This document shows positions 26,556-37,350 of a stretch of 64,000 bases of DNA, piece after piece (position 1 is the first letter of the stretch; the number at the start of each line of letters is the position of its first letter). Under the pieces are notes generated by a model. The model had not been told where the DNA came from. It saw nothing but the letters and a program-made list of their open reading frames with translations, and ran no database searches. The stretch is from Pseudomonadota bacterium (GTDB taxonomy: Bacteria; Pseudomonadota; Gammaproteobacteria; Steroidobacterales; Woeseiaceae), in contig JBCCBB010000004.1 in assembly GCA_039814545.1 (NCBI GenBank), positions 994 through 64,993 on the forward strand, in the 5' to 3' direction. A program made the position numbers and the translations under genes.

Positions 26556-27629
26556 GTGGCGTTGCTTCAGAACAACAAGAAAACTGGTACGACCGGGCTC
26601 GGAATTATCGCGGTGCTGTTTCTGCTTTGCGGTGCGTCGGCACAAGCCCAGCAAGGCCGAAACTACATCGCTATCGTGGGTTCGTCGACCGTATACCCTT
26701 TTTCGACAGTGGTTGCGGAGCGGTTTGGCCGCGGGCAGGTGTTTCGAACACCGAAAGTCGAGGCGACGGGATCTGGCGGCGGCCTGAAGGCATTCTGCGC
26801 AGGGGTGGGTGCACGCTTCCCGGATATTGCGAACGCCTCACGTCGCATTAAGGCCTCCGAGCTCGCGCTGTGCCAGGACAATGGCGTCGATGCAGTACTC
26901 GAGGTCAAAGTCGGCTACGACGGTATCGTGCTGGCTAATGCGGCCGGCGCGCCGCGAGTTGCCCTCACTCGCACACAGCTTTGGCTGGCGCTCGCCAAGA
27001 ACGTGCCGGCGGTTGATGGCAGTGAGCGGCTCATTCCGAATCCATATCGTCGATGGAGCAGTATTGACCCGTCGCTGCCCGACGCCGAGATTGAAGTGCT
27101 GGGCCCGCCGCCCACGTCCGGCACCCGCGACGCGTTTGTTGAGCTTGCGATGACGGGTGGCTGCCAGGGCATCGGCTGGATTCGCGATCTGCAGGCCACC
27201 AATGCGCCTCGGTTCCGTGCCATCTGCCAGGCTGTTCGCGAAGACGGGCATTTTGTCGAGACCGGCGAGAACGACAACCTGGTTGTGCAGAAGCTGCGCG
27301 CCAATCCGGCTGCACTGGGCATTCTGGGTTTCAGTTTCGTCGACCAGAACACCGACAAGGTGCAGGGCTCTGTCATCGACGGCTACGAGCCCACGTTCCG
27401 AAACATCGCGACAGGGCGTTACGCCGTGTCACGCTCGCTCTACTTCTACGTCAAGCGTGCACACATTGGTGTCATTCCGGGGCTTGACGAATTCGTTGCT
27501 GAATTCACGAGCGAGCGTGCCTGGGGTCGGGATGGTTACCTGGCCGCGCGCGGTCTGATTCCGATGCCAGCCGCCGAACGCGCGGCATACCTCGCGAGCG
27601 TTTTGGCGCAAAGCCCCGTTTACCTGTGA
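26556..27629 (+). CDS. pstS: Phosphate ABC transporter substrate-binding protein (PstS family)
   Basis: GTG start. Signal peptide GLGIIAVLFLLCGASAQA. IAIVGSSTVYPFSTVVAERFG and GPPPTSGTRDAF are typical of PstS-family binding proteins. pstCAB follows. Confidence 0.85.
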   Translation: MALLQNNKKTGTTGLGIIAVLFLLCGASAQAQQGRNYIAIVGSSTVYPFSTVVAERFGRGQVFRTPKVEATGSGGGLKAFCAGVGARFPDIANASRRIKASELALCQDNGVDAVLEVKVGYDGIVLANAAGAPRVALTRTQLWLALAKNVPAVDGSERLIPNPYRRWSSIDPSLPDAEIEVLGPPPTSGTRDAFVELAMTGGCQGIGWIRDLQATNAPRFRAICQAVREDGHFVETGENDNLVVQKLRANPAALGILGFSFVDQNTDKVQGSVIDGYEPTFRNIATGRYAVSRSLYFYVKRAHIGVIPGLDEFVAEFTSERAWGRDGYLAARGLIPMPAAERAAYLASVLAQSPVYL

Positions 27630-27639
27630 GTCCCGTCAG

Positions 27640-29022
27640 ATGATCGCGCTGCAACCTGCGACGTTGCTGCTGCTCGGCGCGTTTGGCGCGTTCACGCTCT
27701 ATTTCCTCGGCCGCCGACGCGCGCTGTCTTTGGGTGCGTCGCCAAGGGGGCTCAAGTCGCTACCGGCCTACTACGGCGCCTATGCTGCGCTGTGGTTATT
27801 CGTGCCGCTGATTCTGGCGCTGCTCATTTGGTGGTCATTTTCGGGCCGCCTTGTTGCGCTCAACATGTTGCAGCGCATTCCGGATTCGGTCGTCGCCGAG
27901 ACTGCGGGCAACCCGGGTCTTGCGCTCGACGAGATTCGCAACATCGCCAACGGGGCGATCCAGGTCGATGACGACGTGCTTAATACGCTCGCACGCGATT
28001 ACCTGGCCTTGCAGACGGAATCGCGGCGCAGGCTCACGTTCGCAACGTTCGCGCTGGCCTTCGCAGGCGCCGTGTTCGGCCTCGTACGTATTCGACCGGG
28101 TTTCACGGCGAGGCAGCGTGTCGAGCGGTTCATTCGTGCGCTGTTGTTCCTGGCCTCCAGCGTTGCCGTTCTGACCACCATCGGCATTGTGGCCACCATG
28201 CTGCTCGAGACCTTTCGGTTTTTCGGGCAGGTACCCGTGGCCGAGTTTTTGTTTGGACTCGAGTGGAGCCCGCAAACGGCGATTCGCAATGACCAGGTGG
28301 CGGCTGCCGGCAGTTTCGGGGCCGTGCCGCTGCTTGCGGGCACGTTACTCGTCGCCGCACTGGCCATGGTCATTGCCGTACCCGTTGGCCTCATGACCGC
28401 GATCTACCTCACGCAGTACGCGGGGCGCGGTTTGCGCGTGGTCGTCAAGCCGATGCTTGAGGTGCTGGCCGGAATCCCCACGGTGGTCTACGGCTTTTTC
28501 GCCGCACTGACTGTGGCGCCGCTGGTGCGGCGGCTCGGCGAGGCCCTGGGACTCAATGTGGCCTCCGAGTCGGCACTGGCGGCGGGGCTCGTCGTCGGCA
28601 TCATGGTCATCCCGCAGATTTCGTCACTGTCGGACGATGCGTTGACCGCGGTGCCGCGCCCGTTGCGTGACGGCGCGCTCGCACTCGGTGCCACGCGTTC
28701 GGAGACGATTCGTAATGTGCTGCTGCCTGCCGCAATGCCCGGCATCGTTGGCGGCATCTTGCTCGCCCTGTCCCGTGCGATCGGTGAGACGATGATCGTC
28801 GTCATGGCCGCAGGCCTGGCCGCGAACCTGACGGCCAACCCCTTCGAAGCGGTGACCACGATGACTGTTCAGATCGTGGCGCTGCTTACGGGTGACCAGG
28901 AACTAGCGAGCGCGCGCACGCTCGCGGCATTTGCCCTGGGGCTGTTTCTGTTCATGGTCACGCTGGCGCTCAACGTGCTGGGGCACCGTGTGGTGCGCCG
29001 GCAGCAGGTCTACGAGCGCTAG
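27640..29022 (+). CDS. pstC: Phosphate ABC transporter permease PstC (long form)
   Basis: 460 aa and polytopic. The EAA-type loop is ALALGATRSETIRNVLLPAAMPGI. Confidence 0.88.
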   Translation: MIALQPATLLLLGAFGAFTLYFLGRRRALSLGASPRGLKSLPAYYGAYAALWLFVPLILALLIWWSFSGRLVALNMLQRIPDSVVAETAGNPGLALDEIRNIANGAIQVDDDVLNTLARDYLALQTESRRRLTFATFALAFAGAVFGLVRIRPGFTARQRVERFIRALLFLASSVAVLTTIGIVATMLLETFRFFGQVPVAEFLFGLEWSPQTAIRNDQVAAAGSFGAVPLLAGTLLVAALAMVIAVPVGLMTAIYLTQYAGRGLRVVVKPMLEVLAGIPTVVYGFFAALTVAPLVRRLGEALGLNVASESALAAGLVVGIMVIPQISSLSDDALTAVPRPLRDGALALGATRSETIRNVLLPAAMPGIVGGILLALSRAIGETMIVVMAAGLAANLTANPFEAVTTMTVQIVALLTGDQELASARTLAAFALGLFLFMVTLALNVLGHRVVRRQQVYER

Positions 29023-29025
29023 GCC

Positions 29026-30318
29026 ATGGCTTCCGCGCCAGAGGACGTACGCCGAATCATTGCTGCGGGTCTTCGCAGGCGACATGCGCGTGAGCGCCGT
29101 TTCCGGATGTTCGGGCTGGCCGCGGTACTCGTCGGCATGCTGTCCCTGCTCGTGTTGTTTGTGACCGTCGTGTCGCAGGGCGTCGGCGCGTTTCGCCAGA
29201 CCGAGCTCATGCTGCCCATGGACGTCACGGCGGCAAAGGTGGATCCGCTCGGCGACGGCAGTCGCGAATCACTGGCCGCCGGGGATTACGATGCCGTCGT
29301 TCGGGAGGCCGTCCAGCGGTTGTTGCCGGGTACTACGCTTCGTGCCGATCGGGCGGCACTGATTGGGCTCGTGAGCGTTGAAGCCGGTTTTCGCCTGCGG
29401 GATCGTGTGATCGCCGCACCAGAGCTGGTTGGGCAACGTGTGGAGTTGTGGGTTCCGGCCAGCGATGCCGTGGACCTCTACGTGCAGGGCCGTGTGGGGC
29501 GCGACACGCCAGTGGCTGCGCGTGAGCTCAACGACCAGCAGTTCTATTGGGTGGACGCCCTTGCCGCAGACGCGCGCGTGGCGCGTGTGTTCAACACGGC
29601 GCTGATCAAGAACGGTGACTCGCGTAATCCTGAACTTGCCGGTGTGCGCGCAGCGTTTCGTGGCTCGTTGTACATGCTGGCTGTAATGCTCGTGCTGGCG
29701 TTTCCCGTCGGCGTGGCCGCGGCGGTGTATCTCGAAGAGTTTGCACCGCGAAACCGCTGGACGGATCTCATCGAGATCAATATTAGTAATCTCGCTGCCG
29801 TGCCCTCGATTGTGTACGGGCTGCTGGGGCTCGTCGTGTTCATCAACTGGTTGTCGTTGCCGCGATCGGCGCCACTCGTGGGTGGACTCGTGCTCGCGCT
29901 GCTGACCCTTCCCGTGATCATCATCTCCGCACGGGCCGCCATTAAGGCGGTGCCTGTGACGCTCCGTGACGCGGCGCTGGCACTCGGCGCATCGCGCGTG
30001 CAGACGGTTTTTGGGCACGTCCTGCCGCAGGCGTTGCCAGGCATCATTACGGGCGCTGTGATCGGCTTTGCGCGCGCGCTGGGTGAGACCGCGCCGCTGC
30101 TGATGATCGGCATGGTCGCCTTTATCGCCGACATTCCCCGGGGGCCGCTCGATCCCTCGACGGCGCTTCCCGTGCAGGTGTATCAGTGGGCGGAGAGCCC
30201 GGATCCGGCGTTCGTCGCGCGCACAGCGGCCGCCATCATCGTATTGCTCACGCTTCTCTTCACGATGAACTTGCTGGCGGTCATGCTGCGGCGTAACTTC
30301 GAGAGGCGTGCAGGATGA
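29026..30318 (+). CDS. pstA: Phosphate ABC transporter permease PstA
   Basis: 430 aa and polytopic. AALALGASRVQTVFGHVLPQALPGIITG is present, and the conserved tail ALPVQVYQW is typical of PstA. Confidence 0.88.
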   Translation: MASAPEDVRRIIAAGLRRRHARERRFRMFGLAAVLVGMLSLLVLFVTVVSQGVGAFRQTELMLPMDVTAAKVDPLGDGSRESLAAGDYDAVVREAVQRLLPGTTLRADRAALIGLVSVEAGFRLRDRVIAAPELVGQRVELWVPASDAVDLYVQGRVGRDTPVAARELNDQQFYWVDALAADARVARVFNTALIKNGDSRNPELAGVRAAFRGSLYMLAVMLVLAFPVGVAAAVYLEEFAPRNRWTDLIEINISNLAAVPSIVYGLLGLVVFINWLSLPRSAPLVGGLVLALLTLPVIIISARAAIKAVPVTLRDAALALGASRVQTVFGHVLPQALPGIITGAVIGFARALGETAPLLMIGMVAFIADIPRGPLDPSTALPVQVYQWAESPDPAFVARTAAAIIVLLTLLFTMNLLAVMLRRNFERRAG

Positions 30319-30355
30319 TCCTCGCGCGCACTCGAATGCGTAATCGGAGACAACG

Positions 30356-31201
30356 GTGGCTGCCGTAACGCCTCATTCAAAACCCGGCGACGCCGCGGCA
30401 GCGGAGCTGCCCGACACCGGCGCAGTTGGCGCACCCTTTGTCGAGGGGCCGTGCATTCGGGTGCGCGATGTGAGTGTGCACTACGGCGGCACGCCGGTGC
30501 TTCACAACGTCAGCCTGGATGTTGCGCACGACGAAGCGCTTGCGCTCATCGGCGCATCGGGCAGTGGCAAGTCGACCTTCTTGCGGTGTTTCAATCGGAT
30601 GAATGACACGATTGACGATGCTCGCGTGTCGGGTCAGATCCACATTGACGACGACAATGTTCATGGGCGCGACATGGATGTGGTGGCACTTCGCGCTCGT
30701 GTCGGCATGGTGTTTCAGAAACCGAATCCCTTTCCCAAATCGATCTACGACAACGTCGCCTACGGGCCGCGTATTCACGGCCTTGCCGGGAATCGAGCGG
30801 AGCTCGACGACATCGTGCACCAGTGTCTCGACCGCGTCGGATTGCTGGCCGAAGTGAAAGACCGGCTCGAAGCCAGTGGGACCAGCTTGTCGGACGGCCA
30901 GCAACAGCGTCTGTGTATTGCACGCACGCTGGCTGTTGGGCCTGAGGTCATCCTCATGGACGAGCCGTGCTCGGCGCTCGATCCCATTGCCACGGCGCGG
31001 ATCGAGGACCTTATCGACGCACTACGTGAGCGTTACGCCATCGTGATCGTGACGCACTCAATGCAGCAGGCCGCGCGCGTGTCGCAGCGCACCGCGTTTT
31101 TTCATCAGGGACAGCTGATTGAAGTCGACGAGACGGACCGGCTCTTCACGAACCCCAGTCACAGGCTGACCGAGGACTACATCACCGGTCGCCTAGGCTG
31201 A
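30356..31201 (+). CDS. pstB: Phosphate ABC transporter ATP-binding protein PstB
   Basis: GTG start. Walker A is GASGSGKST, the ABC signature is [13 protein letters not shown], and Walker B is [11 protein letters not shown]. Confidence 0.92.
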   Translation: MAAVTPHSKPGDAAAAELPDTGAVGAPFVEGPCIRVRDVSVHYGGTPVLHNVSLDVAHDEALALIGASGSGKSTFLRCFNRMNDTIDDARVSGQIHIDDDNVHGRDMDVVALRARVGMVFQKPNPFPKSIYDNVAYGPRIHGLAGNRAELDDIVHQCLDRVGLLAEVKDRLEASGTSLSDGQQQRLCIARTLAVGPEVILMDEPCSALDPIATARIEDLIDALRERYAIVIVTHSMQQAARVSQRTAFFHQGQLIEVDETDRLFTNPSHRLTEDYITGRLG

Positions 31202-31210
31202 GGACTTCCC

Positions 31211-31552
31211 TTAGTCGATCAGCTCCGCCCAGCGGTCCGCGTTGAATCCGACCGTGACTGCGGCGTCCGTCTCGAGAACGGGGCGCTTGATTAGTGTCGG
31301 GTGACCGACCAGCAGCGAGGCGGGATCGCCCAGGATCTGCTCACGTAGGGTCTCGTCAAGTCCACGCCAGGTCGTCGAGCGACGGTTGATGAGGGCATCT
31401 GCGCCGACCGCTTCAAGCCAGCGTGCGAGGATTGCGGAGTCGGGTGTCGACTCACGCACATCGACAAAGCGATGCGCCGTGCCGCGCGCGTCAAGCCAAC
31501 GCCGGGCTTTGCGACAGCTGTCGCAATTCTTGAGTCCGTGGACAGTGATCAT
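31211..31552 (-). CDS. ArsC/Spx-family reductase-like protein (YffB type)
   Basis: [41 protein letters not shown]. Length is 113 aa. Confidence 0.8.
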   Translation of the reverse strand: MITVHGLKNCDSCRKARRWLDARGTAHRFVDVRESTPDSAILARWLEAVGADALINRRSTTWRGLDETLREQILGDPASLLVGHPTLIKRPVLETDAAVTVGFNADRWAELID

Positions 31553-32373
31553 CCGTGCGACGCCGCCCGCAGCAGCTCATTCAGTCCGACACGCTTGCGC
31601 GTCTTCTCGTCGACGCGTTTGACGATGATTGCCGCATAAAGAGAATAGCGCCCGTCATGTGAGGGCAGGCTGCCCGGTACCACAACGCTCCCGGCGGGCA
31701 CGCGGCCGTAGTGCACCTCGTTCGTATCCCGGTCGAAGATGCGCGTGCTCTGCCCGATGTACACACCCATCGACAGCACGGCGCCGCGCTCGACAATGAC
31801 GCCTTCGACGACCTCGGACCGGGCGCCGATAAAGCAGTCATCTTCGATGATCGTGGGCGTCGCCTGCAGGGGCTCGAGCACGCCGCCAATGCCGACACCA
31901 CCCGACAGGTGGACATTGCTGCCTATCTGCGCGCAGCTACCCACGGTCGCCCAGGTGTCCACCATCGTGCCGCTGCCAATGTAGGCGCCAATGTTGGTGT
32001 AGGAGGGCATCAGAACGACATCGGGTGCGACGTAGGCGCCTTGGCGAACCTGTGCGTCCGGTACAACACGAACGCCGTCGCGCGAAAAGTCCTCGGCCGT
32101 GTAGTCCGCGTACTTGAGCGGCACTTTGTCGTAATAGGGGTTGGGCGCGTGCTCAATGCGCGCGTTGTCGCGCAGACGAAACGACAGCAGCACGGCTTTC
32201 TTCAGCCACTCGTTGACCTGCCAGTCGCCATCGACGGGCTCCGCAACCCGGGCCTCGCCGCGGTCGAGCAGCCCGATGGCGGCATCGACGGCGTCGCGCA
32301 ACGCGGCATTCGTCCTGTCGATGGTGTCGCGCGCCTCCCAGGCGGCCTCAATGGTGTCGATGATCGCCTGCAT
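31549..32373 (-). CDS. dapD: 2,3,4,5-tetrahydropyridine-2,6-dicarboxylate N-succinyltransferase
   Basis: The true start is ATG 32373 ([13 protein letters not shown]), preceded by AGGAG. The 476-aa track ORF adds an artefactual N-terminus that overlaps dapC. Hexapeptide repeats and the [22 protein letters not shown] core are present. Confidence 0.9.
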   Translation of the reverse strand: MQAIIDTIEAAWEARDTIDRTNAALRDAVDAAIGLLDRGEARVAEPVDGDWQVNEWLKKAVLLSFRLRDNARIEHAPNPYYDKVPLKYADYTAEDFSRDGVRVVPDAQVRQGAYVAPDVVLMPSYTNIGAYIGSGTMVDTWATVGSCAQIGSNVHLSGGVGIGGVLEPLQATPTIIEDDCFIGARSEVVEGVIVERGAVLSMGVYIGQSTRIFDRDTNEVHYGRVPAGSVVVPGSLPSHDGRYSLYAAIIVKRVDEKTRKRVGLNELLRAASHG

Positions 32374-32377
32374 GGCG

Positions 32378-33580
32378 TCAGTCTCCTTGGTTTGCTTCGA
32401 AGTTGGCCACGCGCTGGATGGCCTCGAGTGTTTGTTCGGGTGTCGCGACCAGTGACAGTCGCACGTAGCCTTCACCCGGGTTGCGGCCGTCGACCGTGCG
32501 CGCGAGGTAGCGCCCTGGCACAACCGTGACGCCGGTACTCGCGTACAGCTGTCGCGTCCATTCGGTTTCGTCCCCGCCGACGGGCAGCCACACGTAGAAC
32601 GTCGCGGCCGGTGTGTCGACCGGCCAGTGGGTCGCGAGCACGGGCAGTGCTTGCGCGTACTTGGCATTGTATTGCGTGCGATTGTCTGCGACATGCGCGT
32701 CGTCGTTCCAGGCCGCAATGCTGGCCGCCTGCACGGCCAGCGACATCGAGCATCCATGGTAGGTACGGTAGCGCCCGTAGTCGCTGATGAGCGCAGCATC
32801 GCCGGCCACGAATCCCGAACGCATACCGGGCAGGTTGGAGCGTTTCGAGAGGCTGTGGAACACGAGCACCCGCTCGAATGCGTCGTTGCCCAACGCCGCG
32901 GCCGCACTAAGCATTGATACGGGTGGTGTAGCGCGGTAGAGCTCGATGTAGCACTCATCCGTGAGCACGATGAAGTCATGTCGCTGCGCCAGTTCGACGA
33001 GGCGCTTCAGATACTCGAGATCGGCAACCGTGCCACAGGGATTAACGGGATTGCAGAGGTAGAACAGGCGCGCGCGGTCGAAACGCTCGGGCGCGATCGC
33101 ATCCAGGTCAGGCAGAAAATTGTTGCCCGCTGTGACGTTGAGGTAGTCCGGCGCAGCCCCCGCAAGCAAGGCCGCGCCTTCATAGATCTGATAGAACGGG
33201 TTGGGCATAAGTACGGTTTGCCCCGCGCCCGCGTGGCAAAACACCTGCGCCGCCGCGAACAGCGCTTCGCGAGTTCCCGTGACCGGCTGCACCATGCGCG
33301 CGGGATCGACCGTGACGTTGAAGCGACGCGCGAGCCAGTCGGTACAGGCGCTTCGCAGTTCATCACTACCGCGAATGGTCGGGTAGCGTGAGACGCCGTC
33401 AACCAGGGCATCCCGATACGCGGCCAGCGCGACTTCGGGTGGCGTGTGTCGCGGCTCGCCAATAGACAGCGGAATCGGGGTTACGGAGGTCGGCGGTGTG
33501 TTGCCGCGGAGCAATGCGTCGAGCTTTTCGAACGGGTAGGGCGCAAGCGCGGCCATACCCGGGTTGGAGGGGTCCGTCAT
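32378..33580 (-). CDS. dapC: Succinyldiaminopimelate transaminase (class I aminotransferase)
   Basis: [13 protein letters not shown] at the N-terminus and the PLP-lysine region [15 protein letters not shown]. It sits immediately upstream of dapD. Confidence 0.8.
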   Translation of the reverse strand: MTDPSNPGMAALAPYPFEKLDALLRGNTPPTSVTPIPLSIGEPRHTPPEVALAAYRDALVDGVSRYPTIRGSDELRSACTDWLARRFNVTVDPARMVQPVTGTREALFAAAQVFCHAGAGQTVLMPNPFYQIYEGAALLAGAAPDYLNVTAGNNFLPDLDAIAPERFDRARLFYLCNPVNPCGTVADLEYLKRLVELAQRHDFIVLTDECYIELYRATPPVSMLSAAAALGNDAFERVLVFHSLSKRSNLPGMRSGFVAGDAALISDYGRYRTYHGCSMSLAVQAASIAAWNDDAHVADNRTQYNAKYAQALPVLATHWPVDTPAATFYVWLPVGGDETEWTRQLYASTGVTVVPGRYLARTVDGRNPGEGYVRLSLVATPEQTLEAIQRVANFEANQGD

Positions 33581-36267
33581 ACGCGGATCGTCTGACTTAC
33601 GACGAGGCTTTCGTCGACACCTTGCAGCAGCGCCTCGCGCAACGCATCGCAGTGTGCCTCGCTTAGTGGCTCGTCGTTTTCGTCGGTGAGGTAGAACACG
33701 TCTTCGGCGCGCTCACCGATGGTCACGATCTTGGCCATGACGATGTAGACCTTACAGTCGATGAGCGTCTCGCCAACGCGCATGAGCAGGCCCGGGTGGT
33801 CGGCACAGGTCAGCTCCATGACCGTGAAGTGGCCTGTGGGGTCGGGTCGGAATGTGATGCGCGTGAGGGTGTCGAACATACGCTGACGACGCGATGCCTT
33901 GCGACTGACGCTGGGGACCACGTCTTCGCGGCGCTCGGCGATCGGCAACAGTCGCTCGTAGACATCAGTGAGTTTTTCCTCATTGATATCTGCGCCATCG
34001 AAATCGACAACAATGTAGGTGTCGAGGCTGTAGCCATTGTTGATGGGCTCGATACGTGCGTCGAGTACCGAGAGCCCCAGCTCGTCGAGGCCTGCTGTGA
34101 CTGCCGCGAACGTGTGATGGGTGTGCGGTGTGTAGAGCATGATCGCCAGGCCGCTGGCATCCGTTCGTGTTACCACATCAAGCTGCGAGGTATCGAGCCC
34201 GGCCCGCGCCAGTGCGCGCGTATGCCACGCGATTTCGTCGGCCTCGTGGCGCAGGAAATAGTCATTGGGCAACGCGCGCCACACGATGTCGAGCTCGGCA
34301 TCGGTAACACTCGCGCCGATCGCCGTGCGGGCAGCATCACGGGTCGATTCGATCAACGCCTGGCGTTCGAGCGGGTTCTCGAGACCGCGCTCGAGGGCCT
34401 GACGTGTGGCCTCGTAGAGGTCGCGGAACAACTTCGACTTCCAGGACGTCCACATCGCCGGATTGGTGCCGCGCACATCGGCCACGGTGAGCAGGTACAG
34501 GTGGTCGAGCCGGCGCTTGTTCCCCACAAGGTTGGCAAACCGTGCAATGACGTCAGGGTCGCTCAGATCTTTTTTCTGTGCCGTCATCGACAACACCAGG
34601 TGGTGCTGGACGAGCCAGGACACGAGCTGTGCGTCCTCTTCGGACAGGCCGTGTTCGCGACAGAATGCCAGCGCGTCTATGGCGCCGAGTTCAGAATGAT
34701 CGCCGCCGCGCCCCTTGGCAATGTCGTGGAACAAGCCCGATAAAACGACGAGCGCCTGATCCTCGATGTCTTTCATGACCGCCGTGCAATGGGGAAACTC
34801 CGACTCATGGCGCGGCGACGTGAAGCGGCGCGTATTGCTGACAACAAACAGTGTGTGCTCGTCGACCGTGTAGGCGTGGAACAGGTCGTACTGCATGCGC
34901 CCGACGATGCGGCCAAATGCCGGGATGTAGAGACCGAGAACCCCGTAGCGGTTCATGCGGCGCAACTCGCGCGTCACACCGCTGGGCGCGCGCAACAGGT
35001 CGAGGAACAAGCGGTGGTTGCGCGGGTGCTGGCGAAATTGCTCGTCAATAAGATGCAGACTGCGTCGTACGAGTCCCAGCGTGCGCGCGCTGACACCGCG
35101 CAGGTCGGGGTGGTCCTGCATGCAACGGAACAGCTCGAGCAGTGCGGACGGGTTACGCGCGAAGACGTCGTCGTGCGCCACCTGCAAGTAACCGTTATCC
35201 GAGACAAACTGGTGGTCGATGGGAACTGGCGCGGCATCTTGCGGCAGCAAAATGTCTTCTTCAAAGCGCTGCAGCAGCATCTCGTTAAGTCGCGACAGCT
35301 CCATGACCGTGCGGTAGTAGCGCTGCATCATCTGCTCGACGCCGAGCGTGAAGCGCGCGTCCTCGTAGCCCAGCAGTTCGGCCAGGGATTTTTGGTGGTC
35401 GAACAGCAAGCGATCCTCGCGACGACCGACGAGGGTGTGCAGGCCGTAGCGCACGGTCCAGAGAAAATGCTGACACTCGACGAGTCGCTGGTGCTGGCCT
35501 TCCGTCAGGAAGCCGTGATCGACGAGCTCAGCAAAACTCTCCGCGCCGAAATGCCGCTTGGCCACCCAGCCAATCATCTGGACGTCTCGCAATCCGCCCG
35601 GACTGCCCTTCACATTGGGCTCCAGGTTGTAACCTGTGTCGTCGTAACGCCGGTGGCGTGCAATCTGTTCGTCGCGCTTGGCGCGGAAAAAGTCGGTGGA
35701 AGGCCAGATGGACGCCGGTCCTGTGGCCGCGCCCATGGCTTCGAACAGGGCGTCGGGCCCCTCCAGCAGGCGTGCTTCCATGAGCGTGGTGGCCACCGTG
35801 ACATCGTCAACGGCCGCTTCGCGACACTGTTCGACCGTCCGTACGCTGTGGCCAACCTCGAGGCCGCTGTCCCAGAGTGCGGTGACAAACTCGGCGGCGG
35901 GACCCGTATCGCTGCGGTCGTCTGCGAGCAGCAGCATCACATCGATATCGGACCCCGGATGAAGTTCGCCACGACCGTAGCCGCCGACGGCGACGAGCGC
36001 GATCTCGCTGGCGTTGACGTGGCAGTGCCGCCAGAGGCGGCGAAGCAGGGCATCAATGAGTCCCGCGTGCGCGGCGACGAGGGCTTCGACCGATTCGGCG
36101 GCACGAAACCGCGCCGCAAGCGCCTGCTTGGCCGCCGCAAGCGGCTCTCGGCAGGCGGATACCGTAAACGGCTCAAGCCCTTCGAGCACAGACACAAACC
36201 CCGCCACCGTGTCATCGACCCGCGCCTGGGGCCTGCGCTGACGCGTTTCGCCGCTGACCAGCATCAA
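33577..36267 (-). CDS. glnD: [Protein-PII] uridylyltransferase/uridylyl-removing enzyme
   Basis: 896 aa. The nucleotidyltransferase motif is AVGGYGRGELHPGSDIDV, the HD domain is LFHDIAKGRGGDHSELG, and two ACT-like C-terminal segments are present. Confidence 0.9.
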   Translation of the reverse strand: MMLVSGETRQRRPQARVDDTVAGFVSVLEGLEPFTVSACREPLAAAKQALAARFRAAESVEALVAAHAGLIDALLRRLWRHCHVNASEIALVAVGGYGRGELHPGSDIDVMLLLADDRSDTGPAAEFVTALWDSGLEVGHSVRTVEQCREAAVDDVTVATTLMEARLLEGPDALFEAMGAATGPASIWPSTDFFRAKRDEQIARHRRYDDTGYNLEPNVKGSPGGLRDVQMIGWVAKRHFGAESFAELVDHGFLTEGQHQRLVECQHFLWTVRYGLHTLVGRREDRLLFDHQKSLAELLGYEDARFTLGVEQMMQRYYRTVMELSRLNEMLLQRFEEDILLPQDAAPVPIDHQFVSDNGYLQVAHDDVFARNPSALLELFRCMQDHPDLRGVSARTLGLVRRSLHLIDEQFRQHPRNHRLFLDLLRAPSGVTRELRRMNRYGVLGLYIPAFGRIVGRMQYDLFHAYTVDEHTLFVVSNTRRFTSPRHESEFPHCTAVMKDIEDQALVVLSGLFHDIAKGRGGDHSELGAIDALAFCREHGLSEEDAQLVSWLVQHHLVLSMTAQKKDLSDPDVIARFANLVGNKRRLDHLYLLTVADVRGTNPAMWTSWKSKLFRDLYEATRQALERGLENPLERQALIESTRDAARTAIGASVTDAELDIVWRALPNDYFLRHEADEIAWHTRALARAGLDTSQLDVVTRTDASGLAIMLYTPHTHHTFAAVTAGLDELGLSVLDARIEPINNGYSLDTYIVVDFDGADINEEKLTDVYERLLPIAERREDVVPSVSRKASRRQRMFDTLTRITFRPDPTGHFTVMELTCADHPGLLMRVGETLIDCKVYIVMAKIVTIGERAEDVFYLTDENDEPLSEAHCDALREALLQGVDESLVVSQTIRV

Positions 36268-36276
36268 CGCTCCCCT

Positions 36277-37074
36277 TCAGGCTGCGTTGGCCTGGTCGCG
36301 CTCATTCGCGCCCAGGGTAAGGATCTCGAAACCCGTTTCGGTGACGAGCACCGTGTGTTCCCACTGCGTCGACAGGGAGTGGTCTTTAGTGACCACGGTC
36401 CAGCCATCTGGCAGCAGTTTCGTGTGGCGCTTGCCGGCATTGACCATGGGCTCAACCGTGAAGGTCATACCCGGCTCGAGCATGAGGCCCGTGCCCGGCT
36501 TGCCGAAATGCACCACTTGCGGGTCCTCGTGGAAGCCTTGCCCGATCCCGTGACCGCAGTATTCACGCACGACGGAACAGCGGTTGGCCTCGACAAAAGT
36601 CTGGATGGCGTGGCCGATATCGCCCAGGTGTTTGCCAGGCGCGATCTGGTGGATGCCGCGCATCATGGACTCGTGGCAAATCCTGGCCAAGCGCTCGGCC
36701 TGCAGTTTGGGCTTGCCCACGAGGAACATGCGGCTCGTATCGCCGTGCCAACCGTCTTTGATGACCGTGATGTCGATATTGAGCGCATCGCCGTTGCGCA
36801 GCTTGCGATCTGAGGGGATACCGTGGCAGATGACGTGGTTCAGTGAGGTGCAGATCGACTTCGGGAAGGGCACGGGGCCGCCACCACGATAATTGAGCGG
36901 CGCCGGTATCGCGTCCTGCACCTCTGTAATGTAGCGGTGACAGATGTCGTTGAGCTCGTCTGTCGTGATGCCGGGCTTAACATAATCCGTGATCATGTCG
37001 AGCACATCGGCTGCCAGACGGCCCGCAATCCGCATCTTGTCTTGCTGCTCGGCGTTCTTGATCGTGACCGGCAT
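36277..37074 (-). CDS. map: Type I methionine aminopeptidase
   Basis: ATG 37074 (MPVTIKNAEQQDKMRIAGRLAADVLD); the track ORF opens at 37158. Metal ligands lie in the context DIGHAIQ, CGHGIG and QWEHTVLVT. Confidence 0.92.
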   Translation of the reverse strand: MPVTIKNAEQQDKMRIAGRLAADVLDMITDYVKPGITTDELNDICHRYITEVQDAIPAPLNYRGGGPVPFPKSICTSLNHVICHGIPSDRKLRNGDALNIDITVIKDGWHGDTSRMFLVGKPKLQAERLARICHESMMRGIHQIAPGKHLGDIGHAIQTFVEANRCSVVREYCGHGIGQGFHEDPQVVHFGKPGTGLMLEPGMTFTVEPMVNAGKRHTKLLPDGWTVVTKDHSLSTQWEHTVLVTETGFEILTLGANERDQANAA

Positions 37075-37350
37075 GCCTGTTCCTGTTATTTGCGTTGATG
37101 ATCCGCGGCGTCCAACGCCCCGGTGGCCGTGCTGCCCCGGCCCGCCTGGCGCTGGCACACGCCCGGGCTCTGTGCTATAAAGCGCGCGCCGAGAGGGGCA
37201 CAGACGGCCTGCAGTATTGCCTGCCGTCCTGCGCCCAGCTCGTAATTCTAACTATTCCACACCTATATCGACACCCGGTGCTGGGTGCCCCGCCGAAAAA
37301 GGGGTTGCACTTGGGGGATATAGGGAGGCTTAACCCTTAAGGAGACTTCC

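Noticed and set aside
31549-32979. 476-aa version of the dapD ORF
   Set aside because: The N-terminal ~200 aa overlap dapC in another frame and are Ser/Thr/Arg/Pro-rich nonsense. ATG 32373 with an AGGAG gives the canonical DapD N-terminus.
34789-36813. 674-aa ORF on the plus strand
   Set aside because: It is antisense to glnD and map, both strongly recognised. It has no recognisable motifs, so I treat it as a GC artefact.
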